Source: Macrostomum lignano
Taxonomy: Eukaryota
Assembly (NCBI GenBank): GCA_002269645.1
Contig: NIVC01004075.1
Span: forward strand, 1-61,729
Direction of reading: 5' to 3'
DNA: 61,729 nucleotides
The number at the start of each line of letters is the position of its first letter. Position 1 is the first letter of the stretch. The notes beneath the pieces were generated by a model that saw nothing but the letters and a program-made list of their open reading frames with translations, had not been told where the DNA came from and searched no databases. This document shows positions 56,691 through 61,729 of the stretch, in pieces. The position numbers and the translations under genes were made by a program.

Positions 56691-59600
56691 TCAGTCCTCA
56701 GCGTCAACAAGTTGCCCTTCATCGTCACTACTGGCGTCCTGATCAGCACGCTGAGCAGACTGGGTCCGTTGCAGACACGCTCGCTTCAACTTGTTGACAT
56801 GCACGACGCGCCCCTTGATCTCCCCGTCCGTGTAATTGATCGGCCGCACCAAGTAGTTGACAGGTGATGTCTTGCGCATGACTTTAAATGGGCCTGTCCA
56901 CGGTGATTGATGCTTCGGAGGCAGACAGTTGGTCCTGGACAGCACAGCAGGCGGAACGAACAGCCACACTAGATCGCCGGTGCGAAACTTGCGCTTCTGG
57001 GCTTTCAGATCGTAGTACCGCTTCTGCCGTCGTTGAGCCGCGCCAGTTGACCTCCGCACAGCGTCAAAGGCGTCCTGCAGTCGTTGAATGGTCTCTACTG
57101 CGTACTGGCCGACGACGGATGGAGGCTCTGGGGACCGATAGACAACGTCCAATGGCAGAACCACCTCCCGGCCCGTCATCAGGAAATGTGGGGAAAATCC
57201 GGTCGTCGCGCTGATGCTGCTTCGATAGGCTAGGAGACAGTACGGCAGGGCGTCCTCCCAGTCCAGCGGATCGACAGTTTGAAGGTGGCAGCGCAACATC
57301 TGATGGAGTGTCCGATGAAATCTCTCCACGAGGCCGTCACATTGAGGATGATAGCCCGACGTTCGAGTCTTGTCGACCTCCAATAGTGTACAGAGACTGC
57401 GAATGATGCGGCCATCGATGCTCTTGCCGCGGTCGGAGTGGAGAATATGCGGAGCACCCCACCTGGAGATCCAGTTGTTGAAGAGGGCCTTGGCAATTGT
57501 CGTCGCCTTCTCGTCCGGAATCGGCACCAGCTCCGTCCACTTGCTGAAGTAGTCGACGATGCTCAGGATCCGATCGTTGCCGTTTCTGGAAGCGCCGACC
57601 TTGACAATGTCGAACCCGACACGCTGCATTGGAAACCCTGCAGTGATGGACTGTAGCGGCGCCCGCTTGATAACCGGAGTCTTTGCCCGCTGGCAAACCT
57701 GGCATGACCGAACGGCCAACCGGACGCTCTCCGACATTTTTGGCCAGTAGCAACGCGTCTTTAGGCTGGCCAGCGTCTTGACTTCGCCCAGGTGGCCGAC
57801 GTTGTGAATCTCGTCGACAAATTCGCGTTGTCGGCAGCGGGGAATGACGGGTACTGGCTTTGTGTTGACCAGCCTGTGCAGTGTACCGTTCACGAAACAC
57901 AAGTCATGCACCTTCTGCGCCAGCACCAGGCTCTCCGGCGGTACTCGGTCGCGTTGTCGGTCGGTAAACCTAGTCTTGCCGTCGGCCAGCAGTCGGAACA
58001 CCGGACTGATAACCGGATCCTGCAGCTGAAGCATACGTAGCGTCGGTGGCCTGTTGTCTGCCGCTGGCGCTGCGGATTCATCTTCGTTGGTGTCGTCCTC
58101 GCTGCTGCTGCTTTCTTCGCTGTCGTCCGACCGGGGCTGATGGATTTGCTTGCGCCTTGATGGCACGGTGCCGACGCAGACATGCACATTGTCGGTCTGA
58201 ACAGCTTCGTCGGTAGCCGTCGACACTAGCTTGATGGTCGCTGCGTTGATCTGGGCGGCAGCGGCGGCATCACTGTTGGCGTCGGTCTGGCAGGCAACCG
58301 AGGATGTCGTCCTGCTGGTGGTCTCATTTGTTGGTCGACACACCCGACACTGGTTGGTACAGCGCTGCTGCTGACGGGACAGCGCATCGGCGTTGTTGTG
58401 TTGACGGCCCGGCCGATAGAGTACTCTGAAGTCGAACTCGTCTAGCGTCTGCAGCCACCGCGCGAGTTGACCTTCGGGCTCCTTGAATGTCAGCAGGTGC
58501 GTTAGAGACTGATGATCGACCCGCACGGTGAACTTCCGAGGCAGCAGGTAATTCCGGAACTTCCTGACATGCTCAACGACGGACAGCAGCTCCCGCCTCG
58601 TTACACAGTAGTTGCGCTCGGCTTTTGTTAGTGCTCTGCTGGAGTACGCGATGACTCGTTCTTCGCCCGCCTGCAGTTGAGAGAGTACCGCACCAATGGC
58701 GCAGTCGCTGGCGTCAGTGTCCAGAATGAACTCCGAGCTGGTCGCACTAGTATCCGGGAAGGCGAGGATTGGAGCAGAGGTCAGTGTTGCCTTCAGTTGG
58801 TCGAATGCTTCTTGGGCCTTGGACGTCCACTGAAACCTTTCTGTCGGAACCGTCAGGCGTCGTAGCGGCTCGGCGATCTTTGAATAATCCCGAATGAACC
58901 GTCTATAGTAGGCTGCGAGACCTAGGAAGCTCTTGACCTCCTTGGAAGTTCGGGGTGTAGGCCAGTCTCGGATCGCAGCAGTCTTTGACTCGTCGACGGT
59001 GATACCCGACTTGGAAACTCGATGGCCCAAGACGATCATCGTGGTGTTGGCGAAATGGCATTTAGATGGCTTCAAGCGTAGGTTCGCGTCCCGCAGCCGC
59101 TCGAACACCGCCCGCAGCCGATAGTTGTGCTCCTCGATAGTCCGGCCCATGACAATAACGTCGTCGATGAAGACCAGGCACGCTTGCCAGGTCAGGCCTT
59201 GGAGCACCAGCTGCATGAGGCGTTGAAAGGTTGCCGGGGCATTGCGCAGACCAAACGGCATGACGTTGAACTCGAAGAGGCCTTGATGGCAGATGAAAGC
59301 AGTTTTCTCTTTGTCGCGCTCCTCGACCTCAACCTGCCAGTAGCCACTCTCCAGATCGAGTGCCGAGAAGTAGGCGTTGCCTTGCAGCGCATCGAGTGTG
59401 TCGTCGATCCTCGAAATTGGAAAAGCGTCCGGCTTGGTGACCTCATTGAGCAGTCGATAGTCTAAGCAAAAGCGCGCTGTCCCGTCCTTCTTACGAACAA
59501 GCACGATTGGCGAAGCCCAAGGCGATGAAGACGGCCGGATTACTCCTTTGGTCAGCATGTCGTCGATCAATTCGGCCTGCTTGTCGATGACTGGACGCGC

Positions 59601-59696
59601 TGCACGCCGCAAACCCTGCCGGATCGGCCTTGCCCGCGCCGGTGTCGATGCGATGCTGCAGGACTGCAGTTCGACCAGCATTGCCAGGGGATGCAA
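56691..59696 (-). CDS. pol: Pol: RT, RNase H, integrase (HHCC, DDE, GPY/F)
   Basis: SPWASPIVLV, RFCLDYR, MPFGL.NAPATFQRLM, VFIDD, ILDTDAS, RELL, DHQSL, ADALSR; H..GHLG...C..CQ, VGFD, HSDRG, GLVERFHRTL, WTGPFKV. The true N-terminus joins the upstream frame at ~59630. Confidence 0.95.
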   Translation of the reverse strand: MHPLAMLVELQSCSIASTPARARPIRQGLRRAARPVIDKQAELIDDMLTKGVIRPSSSPWASPIVLVRKKDGTARFCLDYRLLNEVTKPDAFPISRIDDTLDALQGNAYFSALDLESGYWQVEVEERDKEKTAFICHQGLFEFNVMPFGLRNAPATFQRLMQLVLQGLTWQACLVFIDDVIVMGRTIEEHNYRLRAVFERLRDANLRLKPSKCHFANTTMIVLGHRVSKSGITVDESKTAAIRDWPTPRTSKEVKSFLGLAAYYRRFIRDYSKIAEPLRRLTVPTERFQWTSKAQEAFDQLKATLTSAPILAFPDTSATSSEFILDTDASDCAIGAVLSQLQAGEERVIAYSSRALTKAERNYCVTRRELLSVVEHVRKFRNYLLPRKFTVRVDHQSLTHLLTFKEPEGQLARWLQTLDEFDFRVLYRPGRQHNNADALSRQQQRCTNQCRVCRPTNETTSRTTSSVACQTDANSDAAAAAQINAATIKLVSTATDEAVQTDNVHVCVGTVPSRRKQIHQPRSDDSEESSSSEDDTNEDESAAPAADNRPPTLRMLQLQDPVISPVFRLLADGKTRFTDRQRDRVPPESLVLAQKVHDLCFVNGTLHRLVNTKPVPVIPRCRQREFVDEIHNVGHLGEVKTLASLKTRCYWPKMSESVRLAVRSCQVCQRAKTPVIKRAPLQSITAGFPMQRVGFDIVKVGASRNGNDRILSIVDYFSKWTELVPIPDEKATTIAKALFNNWISRWGAPHILHSDRGKSIDGRIIRSLCTLLEVDKTRTSGYHPQCDGLVERFHRTLHQMLRCHLQTVDPLDWEDALPYCLLAYRSSISATTGFSPHFLMTGREVVLPLDVVYRSPEPPSVVGQYAVETIQRLQDAFDAVRRSTGAAQRRQKRYYDLKAQKRKFRTGDLVWLFVPPAVLSRTNCLPPKHQSPWTGPFKVMRKTSPVNYLVRPINYTDGEIKGRVVHVNKLKRACLQRTQSAQRADQDASSDDEGQLVDAED

Positions 59697-59843
59697 AAAC
59701 GGTGCTGAACTCTAACAGCAAATCCTTGACCGACTGTTGCTCTTCGACGGAGATAGAGCTTTCGATGTGCACGTCGTTCAGCCAGTTGGTGCGAGGTAAG
59801 TCCGTCGCTAAAGCTGTTGTTGATGTAGCCGTGCTGACCGCGA

Positions 59844-60155
59844 CCGTCGCCGCCGTGCTGCCAGCGGCCGTCGCCGCCGTGCTGCCAGCGGCCGTCGCCG
59901 CCGTGCTGCCAGCGGCCGTCGCCGCCGTGCTGCCAGCGGCCGTCGCCGCCGTGCTGCCAGCGGCCGTCGCCGCCGTGCTGCCAGTGGCCGTCGCCGCCGT
60001 GCTGCCAGTGGCCGTCGCCGCCGTGCTGCCAGCGGCCGTCGCCGCCGTGCTGCCAGCGGCCGTCGCCGCCGTGCTGCCAGCGGCCGTCGCCGCCGTGCTG
60101 CCAGTGGCCGTCGCCGCCGTGCTGCCAGCGGCCGTCGCCGCCGTGCTGCCAGCGG
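59844..60155. repeat. In-frame 24-bp tandem repeat, 13 copies, encoding (A[AT]GSTAAT)13 in the PR-RT linker
   Basis: Read from ORF 59491-60420 and from the DNA period of 24. Confidence 0.95.
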
Positions 60156-60389
60156 CACCCGATTGCTGAACGAATGGCTGACTTCCTAGCGGGGAAAAGA
60201 TGCCAACAATGTCGCCGTCGCTGATGTTGACCGTGTGGTCGTCGACGTTGATGACTGCTAGGCCCATGCCTCTCTCGACCAGCTTGGCAACACAACGACC
60301 CACCAGGAGCCCCTGTGATCTTGTGCCGGTGACGACTCCTGGACACTCCGATCGCGTCCACGAGGCCGACTTTGCTGGTTTAACGGGGA

Positions 60390-60926
60390 TTATCCAGCGC
60401 TCCCCTGGCTGCAGCTGCACGGAGGCCGCTGATACGAGCTTGCAGGTCTGTGCTGCTCTTTACTTTTTCGAGCTGGAATCGACACGCCTAGGCTGTTGAA
60501 AGTGATGCAACCGGCTTGGAGATGGACCGAGACGTCGTGTTCACTGAGGAAGTCACAGCCCAGGATGACGGACGTCGGGTGAAGCTTCTCGAGTACGACG
60601 AAACGATGATGGACTTGTACGGTTCCCAGAGTCACTGCCAAAGTAGTCTCGCCCAGCACAGACTGTAGGTTGCCATCCACGCCTCTTATGATGATGCTGC
60701 TGGGCTGCAGCCGCCGCCTAGCTTTCTTACATATGTCATCGCTGATGCAGGACACCTCTGCCCCGGTGTCGATCAGACAGTGGCGCCGTCGTCTAAGGAT
60801 GCGCGCTGTGACGAAGCGCACCTGGCCAGGCTGGCAGCTGCTGAGGCGTGGTGTTGAGGCCGAATGCGTTAGTGCTGAGAGGGCCGGTGCTGGCCTCGTG
60901 AACCAGCCCCCTCGGCGTTTGGGCAA
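60390..60926 (-). CDS. Retropepsin protease segment of pol
   Basis: CLIDTGAEVSCI and VILGCDFL. In the -1 frame relative to gag; a 1-nt shift near 60465 leads to the linker frame. Confidence 0.88.
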   Translation of the reverse strand: MPKRRGGWFTRPAPALSALTHSASTPRLSSCQPGQVRFVTARILRRRRHCLIDTGAEVSCISDDICKKARRRLQPSSIIIRGVDGNLQSVLGETTLAVTLGTVQVHHRFVVLEKLHPTSVILGCDFLSEHDVSVHLQAGCITFNSLGVSIPARKSKEQHRPASSYQRPPCSCSQGSAG

Positions 60927-61729
60927 TTGCGTCGGATGTGGCCCGGCTGACCGCAGCCGAAACAGTTGGAACTAGCCGGTGATTGCTGTCGTTGCTGTCC
61001 TCGACCGCCAGATGAGGCAGGCTGCTGAGGCATTAGTGGTTTCGGTGGCGCTGAAAGTTGGCTCTGTGGTGGTCTCGGTTGCTGGGGCTGGATTTCGCCA
61101 CGGCCAGCATCCATGTAGGCCCGGGTTTCTCGAAGCTGCTGGGCTATTCGTAGAACCTGCTCCACAGTGCTTGGTGGTGTTGGTTGATTCAGTAGTCGCT
61201 CGGTGACGTAGCCGTCATTGAGACCATGCATGAACTGCTCGCTAACTGTCTGTTGGACGTAAGCCTGAGCTCTTGGGTCCGGGTATGCCCTTGCAGCTAG
61301 CCGTTGAAGCTCCGTCAGGTACGTTTCGAAGCTCTCCTCTGGTCGACGCTGCCGAGCACGGAACTCGCGGCGAAGTAACGCTGCACTCTTGGCCCCGCCG
61401 TGACGAGACCGGAGGTGTTCAACGAGGCCCTCATAGCGGACACCAGGTAGCTGGTCCAGGGTTGTCCCCGGTGGCAGTCCGACGTAGGCACACTGGATCG
61501 CCAGCCAGGTGGTGTACGTTGCAAAAGCCGGTCCGAGGAACGCAGTCAGGGTGTTGATCTTGTCGGCGTCTCGAAGGCCTGGGAACCGGCTAATATAGGC
61601 GCTGATCCTGATGAGAAAGTCGTCGAAATCCTCCCGACCGTTGTACGGTGCAGGCTTAGGTACTGGCGGAAGAGCCGGTACTGGATTGTAGTCTGGCAGC
61701 GCTGCGTATCCGTGAGCTGGAGGATAGGC
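60869..61729 (-). CDS. gag: Gag C-terminal part with CCHC zinc knuckle (frameshifted, 5' end outside the window)
   Basis: PAPYNGREDFDDFL...; FRARQRRPEESFETYLTELQRLAARAYP...EQFMHGL; CFGCGQPGHIRRNC. Confidence 0.85.
   Translation of the reverse strand, partial: AYPPAHGYAALPDYNPVPALPPVPKPAPYNGREDFDDFLIRISAYISRFPGLRDADKINTLTAFLGPAFATYTTWLAIQCAYVGLPPGTTLDQLPGVRYEGLVEHLRSRHGGAKSAALLRREFRARQRRPEESFETYLTELQRLAARAYPDPRAQAYVQQTVSEQFMHGLNDGYVTERLLNQPTPPSTVEQVLRIAQQLRETRAYMDAGRGEIQPQQPRPPQSQLSAPPKPLMPQQPASSGGRGQQRQQSPASSNCFGCGQPGHIRRNCPNAEGAGSRGQHRPSQH

Larger units (their letters stand above)
55485..61729 (-). mobile_element. Ty3/Gypsy LTR retrotransposon, 5'-truncated by the window (gag-PR-RT-RH-IN)
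   Basis: Domain order PR-RT-RH-IN; CCHC gag; 3' PPT and LTR; a few 1-nt frameshifts upstream of RT. Confidence 0.95.

Noticed and set aside
61608-61628. Hammerhead ribozyme core (CTGATGA...GAAA)
   Set aside because: No stem II or flanking helices, and it lies within gag coding sequence.
55485-61729. Second Gypsy as the autonomous helper of the RT-less element
   Set aside because: LTR termini (TGTAATA versus TGATGTAACC), LTR length and Gag type (CCHC versus none) differ, and no shared sequence was seen; trans-complementation cannot be supported from this window.

Overview
Eukaryotic (invertebrate) genomic DNA with GC-rich exons and AT-rich spacers. Most long introns are filled by a minisatellite, each one different. 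This architecture resembles the flatworm Macrostomum; that is an inference, not checked. Host genes read from the sequence: a secreted PAN/apple + C-type lectin gene with a frameshifted inverted copy, a PLAC8-family gene, a 7-exon LRRC74-like gene, AP-1 mu subunit (AP1M1, 7 exons), OXA1L, an orphan membrane protein, DPH3 and ZFYVE1/DFCP1 (6 exons). Mobile DNA: a very young 13.2-kb LTR element nested in a MITE, the 3' part of a conventional Gypsy element, a Gypsy pol remnant, a tRNA/CORE-type SINE, two copies of a second MITE and a short dispersed repeat family. The main candidate for a new system is the LTR element at 3229-16384. It has 2.2-kb LTRs that are ~99.7% identical, a GACA target duplication, a perfect tRNA-Leu PBS and a PPT, and Gag joined to protease by a -1 frameshift signal. 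No RT, RNase H or integrase is visible. In their place are a 449-aa orphan ORF with its own promoter-like region, an array of PBS-like motifs and an antisense exon encoding a tail-anchored peptide. Secondary highlights: perfect CLEAR (TFEB-type) palindromes at both endolysosomal/autophagy genes, and an operon-like OXA1L-orphan-DPH3 cluster. All comparisons were made by eye; no database searches were run.
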